A stretch of DNA of 63,329 nt, the filler included, from Octopus bimaculoides (Eukaryota), in NCBI RefSeq assembly GCF_001194135.2. It is 5 parts of 4 records of this genome, joined end to end, with 100 filler letters (N's around TTAATTAATTAA, not from the genome) between each part and the next. Parts side by side here need not be neighbours in the genome. Positions count along the whole stretch, not along the records: positions 13,235 to 36,491 come from NC_068989.1; positions 36,592 to 46,746 come from NC_068983.1; 3 more parts are not named here. One strand, 5' to 3'. Shown here piece by piece: positions 26,140 through 38,519 of this stretch; positions within the stretch are counted from its first letter, which is position 1; every line of letters begins with the position of its first letter. Made by a program: the position numbers and the translations under genes. The notes beneath the pieces are model-generated. The model was not told the origin of the DNA. It did not search any database and worked only from the letters and a program-made list of their open reading frames with translations.

Positions 26140-27020
26140 GCAATAACAATTCTTTCTACTATAGGCACAAGGCCTGAGATTTTGAGGGTAGAGGTTAGCT
26201 GATTACATTGGCTTGAGTATTCACCTGGTACTTATTTTTTCGACCCTGAAAAGATGAAAAACAAAGAAGACCTCACAGGAATTTGAACTCAGAATGTACA
26301 GGTTGATGAAATGTCGCTGAGTATTATGTCCAACTTGCTGACAATTCTGCCAGACACTACCCTCATAATAATAATAAAAATAATAATTCTTTCTGCTGGA
26401 GACACAGGGTCTTAAATTCGTAGGGAGAGGACTAGTTGATTACATCGACCCCAGTGTTTCACTGGTACTTAATTCATTGACCCCTAAAGGATGAATAGCA
26501 AAGTCGACCTCGGCGGAATTTGAACCCAGAACGTAACGGCAGACGAAATACCGCTTAGCATTTCGCCCAGTGTGCTAACAATTCTGCAAGCTCACCATCT
26601 TAATAATAATTATTATTATTATTATTTATATTTCTTCTCTAGACACAAGGCCTTGAAAATGTTTTGGGGAAGGGAGCTAGTTAATTATATTGATCCCAGT
26701 GCATAACTGGCACTTACTCCATCGACTCTGAAAGGATGAAAGAAGGCAATGTCGACCTCAGCAGAATTTGAACTCAGAACGTAGTGACAAGCAAAATACC
26801 ACTAAGCATTTCATCCAGCATGCTAACAATTCCGCCAGCTCACCGCCTTAATAACAACAACAACAACAACAACAACAACAATAATTTTAAAAAAATTTTT
26901 TTTAAATGATAATAATAATAATCATTTCTACTAAAGGAACAAGGCCTGAAATTTAGGGAGAGGGGGATAGATGATTAGATTGACCCCAGACACAACTGGT
27001 ACTTAATTTATCAACCCAAT
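26140..27020 (-). mobile_element. Head-to-tail array of four family B SINEs separated by (TAA)/(CAA) runs
   Basis: Repeated tail ttct.ctact.taggcacaaggcctgaa and body gtcgacctc.gc.gaatttgaactcagaa at about 26150, 26390, 26635 and 26925. Confidence 0.85.
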
Positions 27021-27030
27021 GATGATGATG

Positions 27031-27064
<34 letters not shown>

Positions 27065-27947
27065 ATAACTGTTTCATGTCACTTGTTCATATTTTTAATG
27101 CCATAAGCTTTCAGATGAGTTTAGTTTAGGAAAAAAAAATCAAAAACAAAAAAAGACATATTTTACTACATTAATTTATTATAGATGTTTGGTTTCCAAC
27201 ACACAACATGTATGCCTAACTAAATTATATTTACAAGCCTTGCAGAAATTGCCATGAAGAGAATAGAGGAATTATTCTGTTAGATCATAACATAATCAAA
27301 TAAAATTTATTATTACATTATTACAACACCTATCATATCGATTCTCTCTCTCTCACACACACACTAGGCCACAAAGTAAGGAAGAAGAATGGTTCACTGG
27401 GAGCTTTCTTCTTGCTCTGCATCACATACCAAAGCTATTATCAAAATATTCTGCACAACAACATTGATATTTTACCAATATTCTTGGAGATATTACAAAT
27501 GTTCTTCCAGCTTTGTAGTCCTATGTTCTCACCACCAGCCATCTTCTTCATGTCACTTAATACCTTCAAGTCACACAGATAGATCTCCTTTCCTGTCTTG
27601 TTTCAGTCACTGGATGGTACCATGTGTTGGGCACCTCATTCAAGGGTTTTAATCAAAATTAACTGCAGTATGTATTTTAAACCTGGTCCTTATTCCCTGA
27701 GTCTCTGGTCTTTATTCCATCAGTCACTTTTAGCTGAGGAGATCTAAGTTACAAGGATAAGCGTGTGTGTGCATGTGTGCACGTGGGATGATAGACATGC
27801 CAGTTGATGGTTGTAAAAGCCAGCATCACTGTCATACTGATATGACCTTCCTTGGAAACAGGTGAAAGTTGGCTTCTGATTGTAATAACAAAATTGTGTA
27901 TCACCCCACGTAAACATCAGAAAGTGGGCGTTAAACAATGAGGATGG

Positions 27948-28095
27948 TGTATGGTAAGAAGCTTGATTCCCAACCACATGGTTACGGGTTCAGTTCCAGT
28001 GCATGGCGCTCCTTGGATAAGTGTCTTCTACTATAGTGTCAGGATGACCAAAGTCTTGTGAGTGAATTTGGTAAATGGAAACTCAAAGAAGCCCA
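27948..28095 (+). mobile_element. CORE-type SINE (family C) with uninterrupted head
   Basis: ggtaagaagcttgattcccaaccacatggttacgggttcag...ccttggataagtgtcttctactatag...ggaaactcaaagaagccc. Confidence 0.8.
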
Positions 28096-28138
<43 letters not shown>

Positions 28139-29832
28139 NNNNNNNNNNNNNNNNNNNNNNNNNNNNNNNNNNNNNNNNNNNNNNNNNNNNNNNNNNNNNN
28201 NNNNNNNNNNNNNNNNNNNNNNNNNNNNNNNNNNNNNNNNNNNNNNNNNNNNNNNNNNNNNNNNNNNNNNNNNNNNNNNNNNNNNNNNNNNNNNNNNNNN
28301 NNNNNNNNNNNNNNNNNNNNNNNNNNNNNNNNNNNNNNNNNNNNNNNNNNNNNNNNNNNNNNNNNNNNNNNNNNNNNNNNNNNNNNNNNNNNNNNNNNNN
28401 NNNNNNNNNNNNNNNNNNNNNNNNNNNNNNNNNNNNNNNNNNNNNNNNNNNNNNNNNNNNNNNNNNNNNNNNNNNNNNNNNNNNNNNNNNNNNNNNNNNN
28501 NNNNNNNNNNNNNNNTATATATAATATATATATATATATATAATATATATATATATATACATACATATATATAGATATATATATATATATATTCTTTTAT
28601 TTATTCTTTTATTTGCCTCAATAATTTGACTGTGGCCATGCTGGAGCACCGCCATTTAGTCGAAAAAATCGACCCCAGGACTTATTCTTTGTAAGCCTAG
28701 TACTTATTGTTTCAGTCTCTTGTGCCAAACCGCTAAGCTACGGGGATGTAAACATACCAACATCAGTTGTTAAATGATGTTGGGAGAACAAGGACACAAA
28801 AACACACACATAAATACACACACACACACACACATACATGAACAGCTCAATGACCGGGCTTGTTTTCATGGAAGACTGAAGACAAATAATGGCATTTTCA
28901 TATGAAGTGTAACTTTGTTGACAATTCACAGGCAAATGTCAAGACAGTGCCATGAACATGAGTGAACAGAAGGTGGGACAGATATAGAAACACACTTATG
29001 CACGCATACACTCACAAATGTGTATGTATGAGAGAAGGAGGAGAGAGAGAGAATGTGTTTGTGTGTATGTGTATGTGTTTTGTATGTGGGGGGTGCACTC
29101 GTGTGTGTATGAGTGTACATTTATGAGAAGCCTCTTATAGTTTTCATCTTCCAAATTCACCCAGAAGGTATTGGTCAGCCCATGGCTATAGTAGAAGATG
29201 CTACCATGCAGTGGAACTGAAACCAGAACCATGTAAACTTGCAAGGTAAACTTCTTAACCACTCAGCCATATATCAAACGAAGGAAAAAGAGCAGAGGCT
29301 TAGATTGATTTTTCAGCTTTCCAGAAATGAGACCAAACGACATCTTTGCAAGGTCAACGTGATCAGCATTCGTTCTGGATTGTAACCAATCTGTTTTGAC
29401 AGAGTGGGAAATAGTATTCTAGGTGGCTGCAGGTTCTGTAGACCATCTGTAATAGTTTGTTCAGTAGAGAGACACTACAAATATGTTGTCAAAATAACAT
29501 TTTATAATCACATTGGTTTTAAAAACCAGGATGGTGGTTGTGGTGGTGATAGCGGCAGCGGCAGTGGGCATGGCAGCAGCAATGGTGGGGGCAGAAGTAG
29601 CTGCAGTAAAGGTACTGGTTGTTGTTGTTGTTGTGGTGTTGCTTGTGGTAATGGTGGTGGTGGTGAACGGTATTATTATGTAAGTACAGCAGAAAAGCTA
29701 AATAAAATGATAACCTTAATATATGTATGTGTGTATGTGTGTCTGTGTGTGTGCATGTATATACACTTACAACATATATATCATATATATATATATGTGT
29801 GTGTGCGTGTGTGTGTGTGTGTGTGTGTATGC

Positions 29833-29906
<74 letters not shown>

Positions 29907-30825
29907 ACATATATCTATATATATCTGTATCTATTTATGTATGTGTGTGTGTGNNNNNNNNNNNNNNNNNNNNNNNNNNNNNNNNNNNNNNNNNNNNNNN
30001 NNNNNNNNNNNNNNNNNNNNNNNNNNNNNNNNNNNNNNNNNNNNNNNNNNNNNNNNNNNNNNNNNNNNNNNNNNNNNNNNNNNNNNNNNNNNNNNNNNNN
30101 NNNNNNNNNNNNNNNNNNNNNNNNNNNNNNNNNNNNNNNNNNNNNNNNNNNNNNNNNNNNNNNNNNNNNNNNNNNNNNNNNNNNNNNNNNNNNNNNNNNN
30201 NNNNNNNNNNNNNNNNNNNNNNNNNNNNNNNNNNNNNNNNNNNNNNNNNNNNNNNNNNNNNNNNNNNNNNNNNNNNNNNNNNNNNNNNNNNNNNNNNNTT
30301 TTTTTTTTTTTTTTTTTTTTTTTTGTTAGGTTTCGTTTATTCCAGTGTTGGTTTACAAACAATTTCCATTAAAGTCACCACCTCAGTAAATATTTATTTT
30401 TCCTCCAGATATTCAAAGCAAAGGATGGTTTTTAAACATAAAGAAAAAGAAAAAAAGACCAACAACAGCAACAACAAAAAAAAAAACCACCCAGCTAAAA
30501 TTCTAAAATCTATTGCAATATTCTTTATCGGAAATTTGCAATAGGAAAACACCGACATAAACATACTATAAAAACATGAAAAATAAAATAAAATTGCCAC
30601 AGCAACAACAACAACAGTTTTAGAAGCTCAGGACTAATGTGTAAACAATGTGTTTGAAAAGGTTTAATATCGAGAATGACGTAAACAATAAAAAAATGTC
30701 AACCCAAAGGGGCCTTTAACTCTATTTTGAGCTCAAGGGCTACGGGATAAATTTTTCATGAACTTACAAAATTCCTACTGATGGAGTTGAAACTGCAATT
30801 ATGTGCAGTCGTTTTATTTGTTGTT

Positions 30826-31214
30826 GTTGTTGGCACTCCGTCGCTTACGACATCGAGGGTTCCAGTTGATCCAATCAACGGAACAGCCTGCTCGTGAAAT
30901 TAACGTGCAAGTGGCTGAGCACTCCACAGTCACGTGTACCCTTAACGTAGTTCTTTGGGAAATTCAGCGTGACACAGTGTGACAAGGCTGACCCTTTGAA
31001 TTACAGGTACAACGGAAACAGGAAGTAAGAGTGAGAGAAAGTTGTGGTGGAAGAGTACAGCAGGGTTCGCCACCATCCTCTACCGGAGCCTCGTGGAGCT
31101 TTAGGTGTTTTCGCTCAATAAACACTCACAACGGCCGGTCTGGGAATTGAAACCACGATCCTATGACTGCGAGACCGCTGCCCTAACCACTGGGCCACTG
31201 GGCCATTGCGCCTC
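30826..31214 (-). mobile_element. SINE family A, full length, with (AAC)n tail
   Basis: Complete tRNA head, body and gacggagtgccaacaacaac tail on the minus strand. Confidence 0.9.
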
Positions 31215-31689
31215 CTGTCGTTTTATTTACCTTGTTGTCAATACATTTTATAAGTGCAACGCATGGCTGTGTAGGTAAGAAGTGCGCTTGGCAACCATGT
31301 AGGTTCAGGCATAACTGGTACTCATTTAATGGACCCTGAAAGGATGAAAGGCAAAGTTGACCTTGGCGGAATTTGAACTCAGAACGTAGCAGCAGACGAA
31401 ATACTGCTAAGCATTTCGTCCAGCGTGCTAACGTTTCTGCCAACTCGCCACCTTGACAACAACAACATATTCCCTTTTAACAAGACACCTGTGTTTGTCC
31501 TTCTATCATACTTTATCCTTTCAACACATGGCATACAGCCACCTACCTCCACCTTCTCGCACAAATACTACCTCTTAGGAGTGGGAACTTTTTTCTTTTC
31601 TTTCTTCTCTGTTTGTTTCTAAGTTACATGGCAACCTCACAAGTGCCCAGTACACTCTGTAGTAGCAGGAATTAGGTAGAGCATCTAGT

Positions 31690-32030
31690 TATAGAAACCA
31701 TGCCAAAGATGCTATTGGAGCTTGATGCAGCCCTGAAGCTCAGTAGTTCCCTATCAAACTGTCTCACCCATGTCAGCATGGAAAGTGGACATTAAATGAT
31801 GGTCATCATGATGATGAGGATGATTATGATGATGATGACATATCTGCGAAGTGGTTGGTGTTAGGAAGGGCATCCAGCTGTTAAAACCCTGACAAAGCAG
31901 ACACAGTAACCTAGGGTAGTTTTCTACTTGGATGGCTCCTGCCAAACTGTCCAACCCAAGCCTGCATGGAAGACAGACATTAAATGATGATGACGCCACC
32001 ACCATCAACAACGACGACCACCACCACAGA
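31690..32030 (+). mobile_element. Two copies of a V-domain-like / RTE-tail SINE with (GAT)n tails
   Basis: ggttggtgttaggaagggcatccagctgttaaaacc...gcatggaag..gacattaaatgatgatg; minus copies at 32900-33010 and 34285-34730. Confidence 0.6.
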
Positions 32031-32467
32031 CACACACACACACAACACTGGGTTCTAATACATACCACCTTAAGGGCAGAGTAGATGGTTAGACTAATAC
32101 TTAATGTATCATGTCCAAAAGGATGAGAAAAAAAAACAACAGGATTTGAACTCAGAACATAAAGGAATGGAACTAAATACCAGAAAGAATTTCATCTAAT
32201 GCTCTACTGGTTCTGCCAAATCTTCTGCCTTAATGTTCATTTTGAAACAATATCGCAATGTAACTGCTTATCCTGTTTAATCTCCTATATTTTTTAGTGT
32301 CTGAAGAAAAGATAATTAGATTTGTTTGTCTCCATCTAGAACTTTTATCTGTCTGTCTTTATACACAATTTTAAATAACCTTGAATCCAGTAAAAGGAAG
32401 AAAAAAATTTTGAAGTCTTAAAGTATTTTTTTTCTTTCGCCAATTTATTTCCACGTCTGTTTATGTG

Positions 32468-32506
<39 letters not shown>

Positions 32507-33045
32507 GTATATATATATATGTATATATACATACATATATATATATATATATAAATATATGTTTGTGCATGTAAATATATANNNNNNNNNNNNNNNNNNN
32601 NNNNNNNNNNNNNNNNNNNNNNNNNNNNNNNNNNNNNNNNNNNNNNNNNNNNNNNNNNNNNNNNNNNNNNNNNNNNNNNNNNNNNNNNNNNNNNNNNNNN
32701 NNNNNNNNNNNNNNNNNNNNNNNNNNNTATATATATAATGATACTTAAATATTTTTCCTTAGCTGTATATTGTATTTCAATATCATATGTAACAATCTGA
32801 TGAAACAAAAATGCAAAAGAAATAATTATATCATTATCCTCATCATCATCATCATCATCATCAACATCAGCATTAGCAACAACGACAGCAACAACAACAA
32901 CAACAACATTGTCGTTGTTTAATGGCCACTTTTCCATGCTTGCATGGGTCAAACCATCCAACCCATACCAGTATGGTAAATGGATGTTGAATGACGATGA
33001 TGATGATGATATATAAATACACACACATGCACGCACGCATGCACG

Positions 33046-33088
<43 letters not shown>

Positions 33089-34284
33089 NNNNNNNNNNNN
33101 NNNNNNNNNNNNNNNNNNNNNNNNNNNNNNNNNNNNNNNNNNNNNNNNNNNNNNNNNNNNNNNNNNNNNNNNNNNNNNNNNNNNNNNNNNNNNNNNNNNN
33201 NNNNNNNNNNNNNNNNNNNNNNNNNNNNNNNNNNNNNNNNNNNNNNNNNNNNNNNNNNNNNNNNNNNNNNNNNNNNNNNNNNNNNNNNNNNNNNNNNNNN
33301 NNNNNNNNNNNNNNNNNNNNNNNNNNNNNNNNNNNNNNNNNNNNNNNNNNNNNNNNNNNNNNNNNNNNNNNNNNNNNNNNNNNNNNNNNNNNNNNNNNNN
33401 NNNNNNNNNNNNNNNNNNNNNNNNNNNNNNNNNNNNNNNNNNNNNNNNNNNNNNNNNNNNNNNNNNNNNNNNNNNNNNNNNNNNNNNNNNNNNNNNNNNN
33501 NNNNNNNNNNNNNNNNNNNNNNNNNNNNNNNNNNNNNNNNNNNNNNNNNNNNNNNNNNNNNNNNNNNNNNNNNNNNNNNNNNNNNNNNNNNNNNNNNNNN
33601 NNNNNNNNNNNNNNNNNNNNNNNNNNNNNNNNNNNNNNNNNNNNNNNNNNNNNNNNNNNNNNNNNNNNNNNNNNNNNNNNNNNNNNNNNNNNNNNNNNNN
33701 NNNNNNNNNNNNNNNNNNNNNNNNNNNNNNNNNNNNNNNNNNNNNNNNNNNNNNNNNNNNNNNNNNNNNNNNNNNNNNNNNNNNNNNNNNNNNNNNNNNN
33801 NNNNNNNNNNNNNNNNACACACCAGGAGTGGTCACCCAGATCAACACACACAAGGTAAACAAATATTGAATTTACTTGCACTAGCAGGTCCCATGTTAAT
33901 TCCTTTGTCTGTCCTTGTTTGTTCCCTCTATGTTTAGCCCCTTGTGGGCAATAAAGAAACAAGAACTGTCTGCTCGTGAAGTTAACATGCAAATGGCTGA
34001 GCACTCCACAAACACGTGTGCCCTTGATGTAGTTCTCGGGGTGAATTATTGACACAGAATGTAACAAGGATGGACCTTTGAATTACAGGGACTACTCGTT
34101 TTTATCAATTGAGTGGACTGGAGCAAAATGAAATAAAGTGTCTTGCTCAAGGACACAGCACACCACTGAGAATCGAACCCATAAGCTTCCAATCATGAGC
34201 CGACTACCTTAACCACTAAGCTATGTGCCTTCACTTTTACAATAGCATATTTCTATAGTTTACACCTAAACAGTTGAATATTCA

Positions 34285-34730
34285 TCGTCGTCATCATCAT
34301 CATCGTCATTTAACGTCCATTTTCAATGCTAGCATGGGTTGGACAGTTTGACTGAGGACTGGCAAGCCAGAAGGCTGCACCAGGCTCCAGTCTGATCTAG
34401 CAATGATTCTACAGCTGGATGCCCTTTCTAGCACCAACCACTCCAAGAGTATACTGGGTGCTCTTTACGTATCACCGGCACAAGAGCCAGTCAGGTGAGC
34501 CTGGCATCGATCACATTCGGATAGTGCTTTCTATGTGCCACTGGCATGGGAGCCAGTTAGGGAGCACTGTCATTGGCCAAGTTCAGATGGTGCTTTTTAC
34601 ATCATGCCACCGGCTCAGGAGCCAGTCAGGCCAGCACAACAAATTGTAAAGTACCCCAAAAGACCTATTGGCACAGGGGCCCCTGTTTGCATGCCAGGGC
34701 CAGGGAAAGATATTGTTTTACATTTTGAAA
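34285..34730 (-). mobile_element. V-domain-like / RTE-tail SINE, long copy with internal tandem units
   Basis: Plus strand: catcatcatcatcgtcatttaacgtccatt...cagctggatgccctttctagcaccaacc, then repeated gccagtcagg..ctggca units. Confidence 0.6.
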
Positions 34731-34849
34731 AGCAGAGTTCAATCCTGAGTTCAATGAATTATTAAAATAACCTAAATTCACCACTTTTCCAATGAAGGAA
34801 TTTCTCCCAAGTGCATGCATGGATGTATGTGCATGTGTGTGTGCGTGTG

Positions 34850-35390
34850 TGTGTGAAGGGGAGGGAAAGAAAGAGATAGGGAGTGAGGAGTGAATTGAGA
34901 AAAGACAGAATTGGAAAAAGAGAGAGAATTGGGAAAAGAGAGAATTGGGAAAAGAGAGAGAGAAAGAAATTGGGAAAGAAAGGGAGAGAGAAAAGATAGG
35001 AGAGAAGAGAGGGAGAGAGAATTGGAAAAAGATTGATAGAACAAGAGCGAGAGAGAGGTAAAGGTGAGAAAGAGAGAAGGGGAGAGAAAAGGATAAGGAA
35101 ATAGAGGAAGAGAGATAGAGAAAGAGGGGGAAAGAGAAGTAGAGAGAGATAGAGAAAGGGGGAGAGGGAGCACATGCCTGCACATGCACAAACTCACATG
35201 CATAACCACAAAACTGCACACACGCACACACACACAAACACATGCAAGCACACATGCACACACACTCACACATGCACGCACAGACACACACACACGCACA
35301 CACACGCACACACACACACACACGCACGCACACACGCACGCACACACGCACACAAACACACACGCACACACATACACGCATGCACACCTA
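34850..35390. repeat. GA-rich minisatellite-like tract (gagaattgggaaaaga units) followed by (CA/CG)n
   Basis: Directly visible; explains the long S/L/F-rich and C/V-rich ORFs here. Confidence 0.85.
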
Positions 35391-35671
35391 GATCTTTGAG
35401 ATGCCAGAAACTTTCGGTATTGGTAAGAGGAAGAATCGGGAGAAGAAAAACTGTTTCGATTTTCCTCCCTGATATAATCTCAAACACTGATTGATTTCCA
35501 GCATAACAACAAGAAACTCGAGAAGCAACTGTATCTCCGATAAAAGACATGCATTCTATTTATCTATTTATTCATCTCTTTATTTTATTTGTTTTCTAGA
35601 AATGAAATCATCAGCCCATGTCTTGCTCCATGTTAAACCAACCTTAGTTCAGCTCAGACAGAAAAAAAAAA

Positions 35672-35727
<56 letters not shown>

Positions 35728-36244
35728 TAATAACAATTTTACAATCAATAATTGATCAAATGAACTGCTAAGAAGAACCTTAGCAGCGATTTTTTTTTTT
35801 TCAATTTTTAATATTTTTTCAACTATTTTTTTTTTTTATTTTACTTATTTATTTATTATCTATTATTTTATTTTTTATTTTTTTATTTTTTTAAATTATT
35901 TTTTTTAAATTTTATTTATTTTATTATTTTATTTATTTATTACCATCCATTATCATCATCCCCTTGTCATTGAAACAAACTACTCTAATTTCTATACTGG
36001 AGATTCTTCAGTGAACAAGTTTCATTTAGAAATCGTGTCAGCAGGTTAGATTGCACTGTTGCTGTTGTTGTTGTTGTTGTTGTTGTCACTGTGGTTGTTG
36101 TTGCTGCTGCTGCTGCTGCTGTGGGAAGATTCTAATTTTCTAAAATCTTTTACATTATATTTCACATCAGTTTTATTCATATATTTATTTATTTATTGTT
36201 ACATTCTTTGATGGCAGTACAAAATAATTCTACCCAAAAAAATC

Positions 36245-36280
<36 letters not shown>

Positions 36281-36361
36281 CCTTTCTACTATAGGCACAA
36301 GGGCTGAAATTTGGGGGACGGGGTTAGTCAATTACATTGACCCCCTCCCCAGTACTCAATA

Positions 36362-36492
36362 ATAATTCCAGGTTCAGTCCCACTCCGTAGCACCTTGGGC
36401 AAGTGTCTTCTACTATAGCCTCGGGCCGACCAAAGCCTTGTGAGTGGATTTGGTAGACGGAAACTGAAAGAAGCCTGTCATATATATGTATN
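36362..36492 (+). mobile_element. CORE-type SINE (family C) body
   Basis: ggttcagtcccactccgtagcaccttgggcaagtgtcttctactatagcctcgggccgaccaaagccttgtgagtggatttggtagacggaaactgaaagaagcc. Confidence 0.9.
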
Positions 36493-36655
36493 NNNNNNNN
36501 NNNNNNNNNNNNNNNNNNNNNNNNNNNNNNNNNNNTTAATTAATTAANNNNNNNNNNNNNNNNNNNNNNNNNNNNNNNNNNNNNNNNNNNNATCCGTTGG
36601 ATAGATTCGGGTCATATCATAGGATTTGTCAAAATAAATGGAAGTGGAGAGACAA

Positions 36656-36696
36656 GTTACTGAAGAGATTGCAAGAGTGCAATGAAATAATTTAAC
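36656..36696 (+). ncRNA. Possible decayed minimal hammerhead ribozyme
   Basis: gtta CTGAAGA g attgc aagagt gcaat GAAA t a att taac: stem I gtta/taac and stem II attgc/gcaat. Confidence 0.4.
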
Positions 36697-36899
36697 AAAA
36701 AACTATATAAATTAATAAAGGACTGAACCAGTGCGTGTGTTTATTACCGGCATAATACCTCTCCCAAGGTTCAATTGTATTTCTTTCAACACACGTATCC
36801 ACATCAAGAATCTTGCACACGAAATACACATACGAAATATTCCTTATTTAAATTATGAATCATATTCCTTTTGATAATATCAATATGATTACAAAACTT

Positions 36900-37410
36900 C
36901 TTTGCAGATGATATTTTCTGTTTGGATGACACTAATTTTCAAATTACTGGAGTCCATTGCTCTACTCATAACAACGTATAACTGGCCATGTGTAAACCTC
37001 GGAGTGGGTAAAAATACACCTACATGTTATAAAATCTAGCCCTGTGCCTTGTTTGCTGTGAATGTGTGAGCGGAATCTTTAGGAATCTGCCCAGCTACGA
37101 AGGGAAATAAAAGGATAGTATCGCAAATCTAAACCCTCTTAATTCACAAACTATATGGGGGGAATTCAGAGTTAATCCTCATCGCCGGAATTTTATCAAA
37201 AAAACCCAAAAAAAACCAAAGGTGATTTAATAATACAAAACTCAATATTCACTAAATAATCATGCTTTTTCACATTTTTATTTTCTAAAAACTTTCCTAA
37301 TTACCTCCTTCGTAATCCTGAAAAACATCATGGCAATTGGTCCAGCCGTTTAACCATGAAAAGGGAACAGACAGACAGATGGACATAATGCCCATTATAG
37401 TAAGATTATT
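36900..37410 (+). mobile_element. Possible non-autonomous Helentron/DINE-like element
   Basis: Ends aattggtccagccgttt...gaacagacagacag...cccattatagtaagat, resembling HINE-type 3' ends; boundaries unclear. Confidence 0.35.
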
Positions 37411-37959
37411 ATTATTTATTAGATGTAGAGACTTCATCTGTTACTGAAGCCTGAGTAAATTCCATCTTTAGTGCTCCTGAGTCACTAGCCTGGCATCCAA
37501 ATAGCCTTTTGCTCATGTGGAATTGATATGCACCAAAGCCTAGGCTATTTCGACAAGAGACTGAGACAGGTGACACATGCCTGTACCATTTAAAACAAAT
37601 TCATTGTGAGGTAGTTTGAAAGCGAATTGAAAGTCCTTTGGTGATAGGAACAAGCAAAGGGTGTTGCCGGAAGTTCCTAGCCAGAGTCTCATACATAGGC
37701 AGCACAAAGGGTGATGGTTGTCTCTGTAGAATCCAAAGGCACCTGCAAGATTCATGTGTGGTAAGCAGTCCTATCTAAGTGTAACACTACTTCTCCAATA
37801 TCAGAGGTGGAATGAGAAAAGGAATGAAAAAATAAAAATGTCTTTAATTAATTTGGCATTAACTGCAGATTTCTAGCCATCTAGTTTATTGCAGTCGAGA
37901 TAAAAGTAAGAAAAATAAAAGAAATATTATATTGTTTATAACAAAAAAAAATGAGAAGC

Positions 37960-38518
37960 TGCACATATAACACATAACTTAGAAGCAGCACTACAGATAT
38001 ACCAACACACACGAGATTGAAACATAGCAGACCTCACACACATCTCAAGAGGAATTCCGGAAGGAGCTTCATGAGACCACTACTGCGTCACTTCCGGGAA
38101 AAAAAAAAAAAAAAAAGCCATTAGTAAACAGTTTATAGCAGAGACTCCATCTAAGAAGATCTGAAGAAGGAATTGTATTCTGAAATATCATCGGACTATA
38201 GATAACTAAATTACAACAAGTATATAGTCAATTTTTTTTTGTATTATAGTGCATTGTTGTACCATTCAAAACTTTTTATTCTTTACAAACAATACACAAT
38301 GTTTCAAGCGAACTACAATACTCTCCTAANNNNNNNNNNCTAAGAAGATCTGAAGAAGGAATTGTATTCTGAAATATCATCGGACTATAGATAACTAAAT
38401 TACAACAAGTATATAGTCAATTTTTTTTTGTATTATAGTGCATTGTTGTACCATTCAAAACTTTTTATTCTTTACAAACAATACACAATGTTTCAAGCGA
38501 ACTACAATACTCTCCTAA
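37960..38518 (+). mobile_element. Penelope-like terminal-repeat remnant with hammerhead; 179-bp segment duplicated across a 10-N gap
   Basis: Hammerhead motif at 38158-38192 and 38347-38381; 38151-38329 is identical to 38340-38518. Confidence 0.5.
38158..38192 (+). ncRNA. Minimal type I hammerhead ribozyme motif
   Basis: gat CTGAAGA a ggaat tgt attct GAAA t ATC atc: stem I gat/atc, stem II ggaat/attct, palindromic ATAT stem III and an AUC cleavage triplet. Confidence 0.6.
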
Positions 38519-38519
38519 A

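Noticed and set aside
34350-34380. CTGAGGA followed by a ctggc/gccag hairpin (hammerhead-like)
   Set aside because: The required GAAA and stems I and III are missing.
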